DNA of 64,000 nt, taken from positions 29,919 through 93,918 of the forward strand of contig DATKPJ010000048.1 in the NCBI GenBank assembly GCA_035524195.1, in the 5' to 3' direction. Positions 39,830 to 50,035 of the stretch are shown in pieces (position 1 is the first letter of the stretch; every line of letters starts with the position of its first letter). The DNA comes from Terracidiphilus sp. Its GTDB lineage: Bacteria > Acidobacteriota > Terriglobia > Terriglobales > Acidobacteriaceae. A program made the translations under genes and the position numbers. Under the pieces are notes generated by a model. The model saw only the letters and a program-made list of their open reading frames with translations, ran no database searches and had not been told where the DNA came from.

Positions 39830-39859
39830 GTCCCAGGTCTCGTTTCCGAAACCTGGGAC
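39830..39859. repeat. REP-like palindrome (copy 1)
   Basis: GTCCCAGGT-CTCG-TTTC-CGAA-ACCTGGGAC hairpin; shares TCTCG..TT.C.GA.ACCTGGGA with 43540-43572. Confidence 0.65.
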
Positions 39860-39935
39860 GAAGAACCTGCTTCATCGTCCCGAGGCTGGGATTCCCATGC
39901 GGCCGGCGACCCCGTCTCTCGCGCGCTTTTTATGC

Positions 39936-42161
39936 CTAACGATCGAGACGATACTTCATAAAGAGGACTTCGCTCAGGTACATCTGAGCAAGACTGGATG
40001 GTGCCGCATCGAACTGGCCGTCAGTACTCCTAGTCTGATGATCGGCGCTCTGCATCCGATAGAGGGCAACACTCTTTTTCGGGCATAGATATTTCTTTCC
40101 GCCCATCTCAATCGGTAGATATTCCACCGACACATCCGCCACCTTCACAGCAGCGTCCGGCTTCATATCGGCAACAACTGTAATGCGCAGAATTGATCCA
40201 TCTGCGGGATTCAGGAAGACTTCCCCATGATAAGCGGGATTGTCCTGAGTATTTTGAACCCCAACGGAGGCCATGCTTCTTCGGCTCAATTGGGATAGCT
40301 TCGACGAGAAGGGGTAGTGAGACGAGTTCTGCGGGATCGCATAGGAGAAGACTGCTTGAAGCCCTGTTTCACCGAGTTCCCAATGACTCCAGTCCACTCC
40401 ATTCTCTGTCGCCTCCGTCAGCACGGTTGCCAAAATTGGACCAAACTCTCCCATATCCGAGAAATCGCAGGCTGAGATCTTTTTCTTCTTTCCCTCTTCT
40501 ATCGACTCGTGTCCGCCGACGTAAAGGATCGCTTTGCTGAAGTCACTGACTTTGTGAAGGGGTTCGTAGCTCGTCTTCTTGCCCGCCGGCGTATCCGCAA
40601 AGCAAGTGATTTTCTGAACGGCGGAAAAATTTGGCATGTGAGGAAACGTCTTCTGCACATAATCCAACGCTCGTGCCAGCATGACGGCTTGCGACGCTTT
40701 ATCGGGTGCAGGCTGGGCTGGAATGTCCGCTGCGGGAAGATCGAGAAACGCCGACTCATCGACGAGTGCTTCCAGGGCCACCCGGTCTACTGGACTGGAC
40801 AGTTCCGCCTCGATGCTTGCAAGAGGGGCGCCGCTGAGCCGTTCGGTCAGCTGGATCTTGGAAAGATGCTGCGCGATCTCTGCATCAGAAGACCCATTCG
40901 TTTTATCACGCGAAAGCCCCTGTTCCAGGTCCTCTACGCTGAACCTCAAACTACCTCCCGATGGAAGAGTTTCGCTCGTCTCCCCAAAATCGGAAGGCTT
41001 TGCTTGAATGGAGGACGATGGTTGCACCGAAGCAAAAACAGGCTGGTCTTGCGCAGTGTGTTCCACTGCCTCTTTCTGACTCTCCCCCGTCAAGATGCGC
41101 GATTCCGAACGAAACAGGTGATAGCGCGTGAAAACCACCTCATTCAGGAAGATCTGGGGAGGTCCGAGAAAGCTTCTTGTAAGATCCCATTGATCATCCA
41201 GCTCCCGGTTGACAACCCGCACTTGAGAAAGAGCAACGCTCTTCACCGGACAGATGTAATTGACGCCTCCGATTTCCACTGGGGCGTAGTCCACCATCAG
41301 ATCGGCACTGGTCATTGGATCGCCTGCGTTCATTTCCGGAACAACCGTTAATCTCAGAATCGATCCATTTGCCGGATTCAGCGCAATCTCTCCGTGATAC
41401 GCGGGGTAGTACCGCTGTTCCTGATTCAGGCCGGGCGATGTCACCAGGTAATGCGAAGCGGACCGGGGAACGGCATACTGAAACACTGCAAGCAATCCGG
41501 CGGCACCTTGCTCCCAATGACTCCAGGCCACTTTGCCCTTGCTCACATCATCCAGGACGACCACGAGTATTGGGCCAAACTCGCCGCGAGTTCTGACTTC
41601 TTTTGAAGAGGCTCGATACTTCTCCCCCCTGGCGGCCATCTCATGTCCATCGCGATAAAGCACCGTCACATTGGAAGCATCAACCTCTTCAAAAGGCTTG
41701 TAGGGTATCGTGTTGACCGAATTGATCCGAATGTCAGCTAACGTACTGACATAGTTGGTCGTATTCCGCGTTGCGAAGAAGTTGGGCAACTTGAGGATGG
41801 TGTTTGCCACGTAATTTCGCGCCAAGCCCAGAAGGAAGACCTGTTTTGCGTAGTCCGGGGCAGACGTGTCAGGGCAATCCGAAGGGGGAAGGTCCATAAA
41901 CGCCGATGCATCCGCCAAGAGGGTCAGCCTTTTCCGAGACCTTGAACCAGGCAAACTGGCTTCCAGACGCGCAAGCCGGACTTCAGACAGGCGCTCAGTG
42001 AGTTCCAACCCCGAGAGTTGCTCCGCAATCTGAGAATCCGACCTCGTGCTGGCGGCCTTGAGCATCTGCTCAAGCTGTTCGACATTGACCCGCACTGCGG
42101 ATCCTGAGGCTTGCAGCGCTATTCCTCCCAATAAGAGGAAGATTGTCAGCCTACGGACCAC
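39936..42161 (-). CDS. Exported hypothetical protein made of two tandem copies of a ~340-aa domain
   Basis: Signal peptide; duplicated motifs LTERLS, SAF(M/L)DLP, PNF, GEFGPIL, WSHWE, PAYHGE, GSILR, GG..Y.CP.KSVAL. Confidence 0.85.
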   Translation of the reverse strand: MVRRLTIFLLLGGIALQASGSAVRVNVEQLEQMLKAASTRSDSQIAEQLSGLELTERLSEVRLARLEASLPGSRSRKRLTLLADASAFMDLPPSDCPDTSAPDYAKQVFLLGLARNYVANTILKLPNFFATRNTTNYVSTLADIRINSVNTIPYKPFEEVDASNVTVLYRDGHEMAARGEKYRASSKEVRTRGEFGPILVVVLDDVSKGKVAWSHWEQGAAGLLAVFQYAVPRSASHYLVTSPGLNQEQRYYPAYHGEIALNPANGSILRLTVVPEMNAGDPMTSADLMVDYAPVEIGGVNYICPVKSVALSQVRVVNRELDDQWDLTRSFLGPPQIFLNEVVFTRYHLFRSESRILTGESQKEAVEHTAQDQPVFASVQPSSSIQAKPSDFGETSETLPSGGSLRFSVEDLEQGLSRDKTNGSSDAEIAQHLSKIQLTERLSGAPLASIEAELSSPVDRVALEALVDESAFLDLPAADIPAQPAPDKASQAVMLARALDYVQKTFPHMPNFSAVQKITCFADTPAGKKTSYEPLHKVSDFSKAILYVGGHESIEEGKKKKISACDFSDMGEFGPILATVLTEATENGVDWSHWELGETGLQAVFSYAIPQNSSHYPFSSKLSQLSRRSMASVGVQNTQDNPAYHGEVFLNPADGSILRITVVADMKPDAAVKVADVSVEYLPIEMGGKKYLCPKKSVALYRMQSADHQTRSTDGQFDAAPSSLAQMYLSEVLFMKYRLDR

Positions 42162-42259
42162 CGGTTCCCCTCTCGAGCGAGAATTGATTGTAGGTATCCT
42201 TCAGAAAGCCTGTAAAGTACCATCTCCGCGAAACCAATGACGTTCTGAAAAACTCGCCC

Positions 42260-43504
42260 TCATTCGTATCTCAGCGCCTCGATCGGGTCCAGGTTCGCCG
42301 CTCGTATCGCGGGAATCATGCCGCTCACCAGCCCAGTCACCGCCAGGATCAGCGTCGCGACGACGACGGAAGACAGCGAAATCCGCAGGTAAATATCCGC
42401 CGCTTCTGCATGCAGTGCCAACGCGCTGTAGAAAGGTATCCTCCCCACCAGCACCGAAACCAGGTAGGCCAGCGCAATCCCGCTCATTCCGCCCACGCCC
42501 GTAATCACGAACGCCTCGGCAAGAAACTGCAGCAGGATATGTCGCTTCCGCGCGCCCAGCGCCTTCTCCACCCCGATCTCGCGCGTCCGCTGCTGCACTG
42601 CCACCAGCATGATGTTCATCAACCCAATCCCCGCAATTCCCAGCGTCAGCGCACCCACCAGCGACAGCAACACTTGCAGCGCCAGCGAGAGAATGCTGAA
42701 CTGATGCAACTGCGTCATCAGGTTGGCCACGTAAATTGCGTTGTGATCCGTCGGCCTGAAGCGATGGGCAGCCGCCAGCGTATTGCGCAACTGCTGTTCC
42801 ACGAGCTGGTAGTCGCCGTGATAGCTCAGCCAGATCCCATCCAGATACTTCGTGTCCTTGAGGTCACTCATCGTACTGAAGGGCACATAAACCTGCCGGT
42901 TGCGGTCGTTCTGCTCGCCGCCCTCCTGCATCTTGGGCACCAGCACGCCCACAATCGTAAACAGCACTCCGTTCAGCCGGATCGTCTGGCCGACCGCCCA
43001 CTGGCCCGAAAAGAGCTTGGTCTTCGCCTCCGACCCAATCACGCACACGTGGCCCCTCTGCTGTTCTTCGGCCCCATTGAAGAACCGGCCCTGGTCCACG
43101 TCAAGCTTCCAGATATGCTGGAAGGCCGGCATCACGCCGTTTACTGTCCACGTGTACGCATGCAGATCGTTCTGGACCGGGACATCCTTCTGTACTTGCG
43201 GCGAAATGTGCTCGATGCCCGGCACGCTGTTCTGCAATCGATCAATATCGTCTTCTGTAAACCGCACCTGCACGCCGGCCTTATCGCCGCCGGCCTGTTC
43301 GCTGGTGCGTCCCGGAAACGTGCCGATGATGTTCGTGCCCCACTCGGCAAAGATGGCCTCAATCGCATGGCTGAAACCTGCGCCATAGGCCAGCAGCAGC
43401 ACCACGGTGGCGATGCCCCATGCCATGCCGATCATCGTGATGGCTGTGCGGCGACGGTTGTAAAGCATCGCCTCCCACGCCTGACCCCAGATATCGCGGA
43501 ACAT
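42260..43504 (-). CDS. MacB/FtsX-type ABC transporter permease
   Basis: ITMIGMAWGIA, GRFF, GIGLMNIMLVAVQQRTREIG, LDPIEALRYE. Confidence 0.92.
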   Translation of the reverse strand: MFRDIWGQAWEAMLYNRRRTAITMIGMAWGIATVVLLLAYGAGFSHAIEAIFAEWGTNIIGTFPGRTSEQAGGDKAGVQVRFTEDDIDRLQNSVPGIEHISPQVQKDVPVQNDLHAYTWTVNGVMPAFQHIWKLDVDQGRFFNGAEEQQRGHVCVIGSEAKTKLFSGQWAVGQTIRLNGVLFTIVGVLVPKMQEGGEQNDRNRQVYVPFSTMSDLKDTKYLDGIWLSYHGDYQLVEQQLRNTLAAAHRFRPTDHNAIYVANLMTQLHQFSILSLALQVLLSLVGALTLGIAGIGLMNIMLVAVQQRTREIGVEKALGARKRHILLQFLAEAFVITGVGGMSGIALAYLVSVLVGRIPFYSALALHAEAADIYLRISLSSVVVATLILAVTGLVSGMIPAIRAANLDPIEALRYE

Positions 43505-43539
43505 CGTTCGCTCCTGTTCTCGAGTTCTTACCTATTACC

Positions 43540-43572
43540 GGGTGCCATCCTTCTCGATTCTGAGACCTGGGA
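43540..43572. repeat. REP-like palindrome (copy 2, degenerate left arm)
   Basis: GGGTGCCATCCTTCTCGATTCTGAGACCTGGGA between the two permease genes. Confidence 0.55.
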
Positions 43573-43595
43573 ATCTCTGCGGATGATTCTGAATT

Positions 43596-44849
43596 TCACT
43601 CCCGTCTCAACGCCTCAATCGGATCCATCTGCGCCGCCTTGCTGGCTGGATACAAACCCGCAGCCACTCCACTCAGCACCAGCGAACCCAGCGCCAGCGC
43701 GGCCGACCACGGCACCAGTCGCGGCGGATCCCAGCCCGGCATCTTCCCGGTCAGCACCTGCTGCAGCAGCCACATGAATCCCGCCGACAGGGCAATTCCA
43801 ATCAGCCCGCTGATTCCCGTCAGTAGTAAGCCCTCCCAGAAGAATTGCGCCAGGATGCTGTTCTTTGTCGCGCCCACTGCTTTCATCAATCCAATCTCGC
43901 GTGTCCGTTCCGTCACAGAAACCAGCATGATGTTGATGATCCCCACCGCGCCCAGTCCCAGCGTCACAATGCCCACGCCCCCGAGGAACACATCCATCGC
44001 GGTGAAGATCGCACCGATCATCTTCTCTTCCTGGATCGTGTCGAACTCGTCAAAGGCGTCCTTCATTGCTGGATCAAAGCCATGCCGCTGCGCGATGACG
44101 CGGTGAACCGCCGCGACCGCCGCATCAATCTCGCCTTTCGTGGTCGGCTGATACTGGATCGAAGTCAGCGCGTCCTGTGGAATGTTGTCGCCCTTCAAGG
44201 GAAACAGTTCCAGCATGGTCGTCACCGGAACATACACCTTCTGGTCGTCGAAATCGTTGTTGCCGCGCGTGATCTTGTCCACACTGCCCACCACCGTGAA
44301 CGCTGTTCCGTTAATGGTGATGGTCTCGCCCAGCATGGGGCGTCCGCTAAAAAGCAGACTCGCTGCTTTGAATCCCAGCACTGCCACGCGCCGATTGTTG
44401 GCCAGATCTGCGTCATCAATAAACCGCCCGGTCGCCATCGGAATAAAGCGCACCGCCGGGTAGTTCGGTTCCACGCCCATCACGTGGCTCGATGTATTGC
44501 TCCACTGGCTCACTTCGTAGAGATCGCTCCGGGCTAACTCCACGGTCACGCCGCGCAGTTCGGGCAGCTTGCGCACCGCTGCAGCATCGCCCATCGTGAG
44601 CTGATAGGGACGCATTCCGGTGTGCTGGTTGGCGACAGCCGGAATGGTCCCATTCCACATCATCACCAGGTCGTTGCCCAGCGTTGCCAGTTGCCTGTGC
44701 TGGCCGCTTCTGAAACCCTCGCCCAGTCCCACCAGAACCAGCAGTGAACCGACACCCCATGCAATTCCGAACATGGTCAGAAAACTGCGCAGCTTGTTCG
44801 CCGCGATGGCGCGAAAGACCTGGCCGAGCGTGTCTGAGAAGGATTGCAT
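43596..44849 (-). CDS. MacB/FtsX-type ABC transporter permease
   Basis: NKLRSFLTMFGIAWGV, GIINIMLVSVTERTREIG, MDPIEALRRE; start at MQSFSD. Confidence 0.92.
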   Translation of the reverse strand: MQSFSDTLGQVFRAIAANKLRSFLTMFGIAWGVGSLLVLVGLGEGFRSGQHRQLATLGNDLVMMWNGTIPAVANQHTGMRPYQLTMGDAAAVRKLPELRGVTVELARSDLYEVSQWSNTSSHVMGVEPNYPAVRFIPMATGRFIDDADLANNRRVAVLGFKAASLLFSGRPMLGETITINGTAFTVVGSVDKITRGNNDFDDQKVYVPVTTMLELFPLKGDNIPQDALTSIQYQPTTKGEIDAAVAAVHRVIAQRHGFDPAMKDAFDEFDTIQEEKMIGAIFTAMDVFLGGVGIVTLGLGAVGIINIMLVSVTERTREIGLMKAVGATKNSILAQFFWEGLLLTGISGLIGIALSAGFMWLLQQVLTGKMPGWDPPRLVPWSAALALGSLVLSGVAAGLYPASKAAQMDPIEALRRE

Positions 44850-44983
44850 GGACGTCCCCGCATTGCGTGGTTGCAATGACATACGTTCCGGGGACAGTTT
44901 AGGTTCCGCTCCCGCCAATATCCGGCCCGCTTCACTATCCAAACAGCCTGTAAAAATGGCCTGCCGGCGAACTCCGGCTGTCG

Positions 44984-45841
44984 CTATTTCTCGTACGTAA
45001 AGAATCCACGCCCCGACTTCCGCCCCATCCAGCCCGCGTCCACCATCCGCACCAGCAGCGGGCAGGGGCGATACTTCGGATCCCCGAACCCTTCCTGCAG
45101 CACGCGCAAAATATCCACGCACACGTCCAGCCCAATGAAATCCGCCAGCGTCAGCGGGCCCATCGGATGCGCCATCCCCAGCTTGAAAACCTGATCCACG
45201 GCCTCCGGAGTCGCAACGCCCTCCATCACCGCAAAAGCCGCTTCGTTAATCAGCGGCATCAACACGCGATTTGATACAAACCCCGGCGCATCATTCACCT
45301 CAACCGGCGTCTTGCCCAGCAGCACTGCAAGCTCATACACCGTTGCGTAGGTTGAATCGCTGGTCGCAAGTCCGCGCACCACCTCCACCAGCGCCATCAC
45401 CGGCACCGGGTTGAAAAAGTGCATCCCGATCACCTTCTCGGGTCTCTTGGTCAGCGTCGCAAGTCTTGTAATCGAAATCGAAGAGGTGTTGCTGGCAAGG
45501 ATCGCATCGGCCGGCAGGATTTCATCCAGCTCGCGAAATACTTCCTCTTTCAACTCGAAGCGCTCAGGAACGGCCTCCACCACAATCTCCGCTCCACCTA
45601 GATACCCGCGAACGACAGTCGTCTTAATCCTCGCCAGCGCCGGTTCGATTTCGGCCTGGGGTATCTTGCCCTTCGCTGCTTCCCTGCCAAGATTCGTCCT
45701 GATCTGTCCCAGCGCCCGGTCAAGAAAGCGCTGCTCTACATCGCATAGCAGAACGTCGAAACCCGAGCGGGCAAAAACATGGGCAATGCCGGAACCCATG
45801 GTCCCCGCGCCCACAATCCCAACCGTAGAAATCTCGGCCAT
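44984..45841 (-). CDS. hbd: 3-hydroxybutyryl-CoA dehydrogenase
   Basis: GAGTMGSGIA, ASNTSSISIT, GMHFFNPVP, PGFVSNR, HPMGPL, GRKSGRGFF. Confidence 0.93.
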   Translation of the reverse strand: MAEISTVGIVGAGTMGSGIAHVFARSGFDVLLCDVEQRFLDRALGQIRTNLGREAAKGKIPQAEIEPALARIKTTVVRGYLGGAEIVVEAVPERFELKEEVFRELDEILPADAILASNTSSISITRLATLTKRPEKVIGMHFFNPVPVMALVEVVRGLATSDSTYATVYELAVLLGKTPVEVNDAPGFVSNRVLMPLINEAAFAVMEGVATPEAVDQVFKLGMAHPMGPLTLADFIGLDVCVDILRVLQEGFGDPKYRPCPLLVRMVDAGWMGRKSGRGFFTYEK

Positions 45842-46028
45842 CTACGCCTCCTCGCACAATGCAAGTGGGAGTCTAGCAGTACAGGTGCGAGGTCTGCGAA
45901 TCATGCCAGTGTTGCGATTTGAAGGCTCCCCCGCCCGCCCTCGAAGAACTGCGTTTGGAGCCCTCATTTTTCGATTTCCTTGTTCTTGTGCACTGATCGG
46001 TGTCCGCTATTCCCTGTAAGCTGTCCTA

Positions 46029-46520
46029 ATGAAGACCTTGCTTCGCACCCTCCTTTATCTCGCGCTAATCGTTTGGCTGGGCGCTGAGATCTTCTTTCCC
46101 GTCGTTGCCGCGATCACCTTCGGTACGCTGGCCAGTGACACGCACACCGCCGGCACAATCGTGGGCGAACTGCTGCGCATTCTGCATCGCATGGGTATGA
46201 TCTCGGGGATCGTGGCCCTGGCTCTGCTTGCGCTGGCTCCCGCATGGGGCATCTACAGGTCGCGCTCGGTGCTTGCGCCGATGGCAGCCATTCTTTTAAT
46301 GATCGCCTTCACGGCCTACTCGCAGTTCGTCATCATCCCGTCCATGGAGCGCGACCGCATCGCCGCCGGCGGAGCCATTGATACGTCGAATCCCGGCAAT
46401 TCCATCACCGCGCACTTCAACATGCTGCATAATCGCAGCGAGCACGTCGAAGAAGCCATCCTTCTCCTTGGACTCGCCACCGTCGTGCTTATTGCCCACG
46501 CTGAAACCACCCGCGCCTGA
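46029..46520 (+). CDS. DUF4149 family membrane protein
   Basis: VWLGAEIFF...AG.IVG, IIPSM, FNMLHNRS; four TMs. Confidence 0.75.
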   Translation: MKTLLRTLLYLALIVWLGAEIFFPVVAAITFGTLASDTHTAGTIVGELLRILHRMGMISGIVALALLALAPAWGIYRSRSVLAPMAAILLMIAFTAYSQFVIIPSMERDRIAAGGAIDTSNPGNSITAHFNMLHNRSEHVEEAILLLGLATVVLIAHAETTRA

Positions 46521-46599
46521 CGGCTCCGCGAACTGCTCCTGTATCATCGAGGAGGTCCTGAAGCACTTCTGATCTCATCTGGGCCGCAATGGAACGATC

Positions 46600-47685
46600 A
46601 TGAAAACCGGCATTATCGGCCTGCCCCAGGTAGGCAAGACTTCGCTTTTCAAAATTCTTACCAAGGCAAAGTTGGAAGAACGGGGCTACTCGAATCCGCG
46701 TGAAGCCCACATCGGCGTGGCTCGCGTTCCCGATGAACGCCTCGACAAACTCTCGGCGCTCTACTTGCCCAAGAAGACCACCTATGCCACGGTGGAATAT
46801 GTCGACGTCGCGGCCATCGGCCAGGAGGCGCTGAAAGAAACCGCGTTCCTCACCAGTCTGCGCAACGTCGACGCCCTCATTCACGTTCTCCGCGCCTTCG
46901 AAGATGATTCAATCCCACACGTCGGGCCCGTCGATCCCCTGCGGGATATTAAGAGCGTTGAATTCGACCTCATGATCAGCGACCTCACCCAGGTTGAAAA
47001 ACGTCTCGAACGCGTCGAAAAAGACCTGAAGAAAATGCGCTCCAGCGAGCTCGAACACGAGCAGGCCCTGCTTCTGCGCTCGAAGGAAGCTCTCGAAAAA
47101 GAACAGCCATTGCGAGAATTAGAGATGACTGCCGAAGAGAAAAAACTCATTAAAGGCTTCATGTTTCTCTCGCAAAAGCCTGTCCTCTATGCACTTAATG
47201 TTGGAGAAAGTTCCGCTCTCGGCGTCGATCTTGACGCCGCAGTCAGCCGCTTTCATCTCGACGAGGTCGCCCACCGTCCCAATGCCGGAGCCACGGCAAT
47301 CTGTGGAAAAGTCGAAGCCGAGCTGGCAGAAATGGACGAAGCCGAAGCAGCCGAATTCCTCTCCAGCTACGGCCTGCACGAAAGCGGTCTTGTCCGTCTC
47401 ATCCGCAAGAGCTACGAACTGCTCGGGCTCATCAGCTTCTTCACCGCGGGCGAAGATGAGTGCCGTGCGTGGACAGTACCCGCAGGTTCCAAAGCGCCTC
47501 AGGCAGCCGGAGCCATCCACTCCGACCTCGAACATCACTTCATCCGCGCTGAAACGATCCGCTGGGACAACCTGCTCGCCGCTGGCAGCGAAGCCGCTGC
47601 CCGGTCGCTAGGCACTCTTCGACTTGAAGGCAAGGAATACGTCGTACAGGACGGCGACGTGCTGCACATCAGGCACAGCGGGTAA
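46600..47685 (+). CDS. ychF: Redox-regulated ATPase YchF
   Basis: GIIGLPQVGKT, VPDERLD, FFTAGEDECRAW, APQAAGAIHSD, LEGKEYVVQDGD. Confidence 0.95.
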   Translation: MKTGIIGLPQVGKTSLFKILTKAKLEERGYSNPREAHIGVARVPDERLDKLSALYLPKKTTYATVEYVDVAAIGQEALKETAFLTSLRNVDALIHVLRAFEDDSIPHVGPVDPLRDIKSVEFDLMISDLTQVEKRLERVEKDLKKMRSSELEHEQALLLRSKEALEKEQPLRELEMTAEEKKLIKGFMFLSQKPVLYALNVGESSALGVDLDAAVSRFHLDEVAHRPNAGATAICGKVEAELAEMDEAEAAEFLSSYGLHESGLVRLIRKSYELLGLISFFTAGEDECRAWTVPAGSKAPQAAGAIHSDLEHHFIRAETIRWDNLLAAGSEAAARSLGTLRLEGKEYVVQDGDVLHIRHSG

Positions 47686-47691
47686 GCGCGG

Positions 47692-48417
47692 ATGCTCACG
47701 ACCTCGATTCTTCTCGGCATCTTCGCGGCGCTTGCCAACGTGGCAGGCGGCATTGTGCTGGTCCGCGCCCGCGGCGTGGAGCCGTACCTGCGTTACTTCG
47801 TGGCGCTCGGCGCAGCCTTCCTCATGTCCGCTGCGCTGCTCGAGATGATGCCCGAGAGCTTGCGCCTCGACCCCCACCTTGGCCCCATCCTCATCATGGC
47901 CGGGTATTGCGTGGTCCATCTGGTCGAGCACACCGTCAACGCCCACTTTCACTACGGCGAAGAGACCCATCACGGTGAATTCGTCACCTCGCACACTGGC
48001 TACTCCGTGCTCGCCGGATTGAGCCTGCACTGTCTTTTCGACGGTGTGGCCATCGGCGCGGGCTTTGAGGTTTCAAGCTGGCTGGGCTGGCTCATCTTTC
48101 TGGCCATCTTCCTGCACAAAGGGCCGGCCGGTTTTACCATGGCCAGCGTCATGCTGGCCAGCGGCCACAGCCGCGCCGCCGCCTTCTATTCCACTGTGGT
48201 ATTAGCCGCGTCCACGGTTGCCGGCGTCCTGCTCATCGAGCTGGTGCCCCATTGGGTACCTTACGGGCTCCCCGTATCTGCGGGCGTGGCCCTCTACGTC
48301 GGCGCCAGCGACCTGATACCGGAAGTGAATCGCGAACCAGGCATTCGCATGGCGATGGTGTTTTTCCTGGGAGTCGGAGTGTTCCTGCTGCTTCGCCTCG
48401 TCCTGCCGGCGCTTTAA
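47692..48417 (+). CDS. ZIP family metal transporter
   Basis: His-rich loop HFHYGEETHH, LHCLFDG, FLHKGP, LYVGASDLIPE. Confidence 0.9.
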   Translation: MLTTSILLGIFAALANVAGGIVLVRARGVEPYLRYFVALGAAFLMSAALLEMMPESLRLDPHLGPILIMAGYCVVHLVEHTVNAHFHYGEETHHGEFVTSHTGYSVLAGLSLHCLFDGVAIGAGFEVSSWLGWLIFLAIFLHKGPAGFTMASVMLASGHSRAAAFYSTVVLAASTVAGVLLIELVPHWVPYGLPVSAGVALYVGASDLIPEVNREPGIRMAMVFFLGVGVFLLLRLVLPAL

Positions 48418-48432
48418 CGCTGAATCGTTGCG

Positions 48433-49686
48433 TTACCCCCGCGCGCCCGCAATCTGCAGCACATCTGGCTTTTGGGGAGATCGATTCATCACACCGCGGA
48501 TCGATTCCATCACCCGCTCCGGCGTAATCAGCCTCATGCACACGGCGTCATTGCACGCCGAATTTTTCTGATTCGCGGCCGTCACGCAGGGCGAACACGA
48601 AAGCGCCGCCCAGATGGCCTCGGTGTTTCCCAGGCTGCCATATAGCTTCGGTGTCTCCGGACCAAACAGTACAATCGACCGTATCGGTGAGATGGCCGAG
48701 AAATGCGCCGGGCCGCTGTCATTCGACACCAGGACCGTCGAGATGTTGTAGAGAGCGGTGATCGCCTTGAGCTTATGCATGCCGGCAAAGCTGCGGAAAC
48801 GCGGATGCCCCACCTTCTCCTCCATGCGTTTGGCTTCCTCGCGCTCTGCAGGCGATCCGGTGATCAGCACCAGCGCATCGTCCCACTCTTTCACTACCAT
48901 CGCAGCCAGGGAGTTATAGTTCTCCCGGTTCCAGCGCCGCTGCGGCAGCAGTTCTGAGCTGTTGGGATTGATCAGCACAATGCGGTGGTAATCCGGCCGG
49001 TAGTCGGGATATACCTGCTTCACCAGCCCGCGCACATACTCTCGTTCCTCTTCCGTCACCGGCTGAATCGGCACCCGAATTTCTTCGTCCGGCACAAATG
49101 TCTTCGAGTACGGCACCTCCGGCTGTGGCGCCAGCAGCGCATTCACCATACAGATAAAGTTCTTTGCCATATGGATATGGCCGTTATAGTTCACTCGATG
49201 CGTTAACATTTCGCCGCGGTACAGACCCTCGGCATGAAACTTGTGAAATCCCACGCGCCGCTTGGCCAGGGAAAGCCCCGTCAGCAATCCGGAATAACGC
49301 GAAAACAGCTCCATATCCACGACCGTGTCGATGTCCGCCTTGCGCACCCAGCGCAAAAAGCGCAACGAATCCAGTGCCAGCGTCGTCAGGCTCGTCTCTC
49401 GAATGGTGACGATATGATCCTCGGCAATCGTAGGCATCAGCCGCAGGCTGTCCGCATTCTTATCAAAAATCAGAAAGAAAAGTTCGGCACCCAATGCATC
49501 CTTGGCCTTTTGCAGGGCGGGGTTGGCAATCACTGTGCTCCCCATTTCCGACAGTTCAATGAACAGCACGCGGCGGGGCTTCTCCGGACCCTTCCGGGCG
49601 CCCAGCAGGCGCACCACCTGTGTGCACAGGAAGCAAAGCGGGATTCCAATCCAGTAATCGACGGCCCGCATCGTCTGTAGTTTCAT
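48433..49686 (-). CDS. Glycosyltransferase family 9 (heptosyltransferase-like)
   Basis: LSEMGS, INPNSS, RRW, SNDSGPAHF, LFGP, C-terminal CSPC...C...CM. Confidence 0.9.
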   Translation of the reverse strand: MKLQTMRAVDYWIGIPLCFLCTQVVRLLGARKGPEKPRRVLFIELSEMGSTVIANPALQKAKDALGAELFFLIFDKNADSLRLMPTIAEDHIVTIRETSLTTLALDSLRFLRWVRKADIDTVVDMELFSRYSGLLTGLSLAKRRVGFHKFHAEGLYRGEMLTHRVNYNGHIHMAKNFICMVNALLAPQPEVPYSKTFVPDEEIRVPIQPVTEEEREYVRGLVKQVYPDYRPDYHRIVLINPNSSELLPQRRWNRENYNSLAAMVVKEWDDALVLITGSPAEREEAKRMEEKVGHPRFRSFAGMHKLKAITALYNISTVLVSNDSGPAHFSAISPIRSIVLFGPETPKLYGSLGNTEAIWAALSCSPCVTAANQKNSACNDAVCMRLITPERVMESIRGVMNRSPQKPDVLQIAGARG

Positions 49687-50035
49687 GCCAACAACCTCTT
49701 TTAATCCAGGATCTAATCCAATTCATCCACCGCGAGTCTAACCTGAATGTAATCCCAATTTTCGGCCCGTTACTCGCGCCACACTCACGTCGCCCCGCGG
49801 ACCCCGATTTCATTTGCCCGCTTTGTTATTCTGGATTATATTTTGCCAAAAGCCTTTCATATCTCCCACAAATCGGTCAGTACGGCGGGTTTGCGGTTTC
49901 TGGATTAGGAAGAGGCACGATGTTCCGCCCTGTTTACGCGTTGGGTCTGTTCGCATTCCCCTCACCCCCGGCGCAAGCGAAATCTCATCACACCCGCGCG
50001 GAGCGGAAGCCAACGGGAGTTCTGGACTGATTCGA

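Noticed and set aside
42410-43777. Long antisense ORFs (455 aa here; also 2756-3802, 10618-11769, 40509-41351, 51734-52582)
   Set aside because: They mirror well-supported genes on the opposite strand, lack recognisable motifs, and are expected in high-GC DNA.
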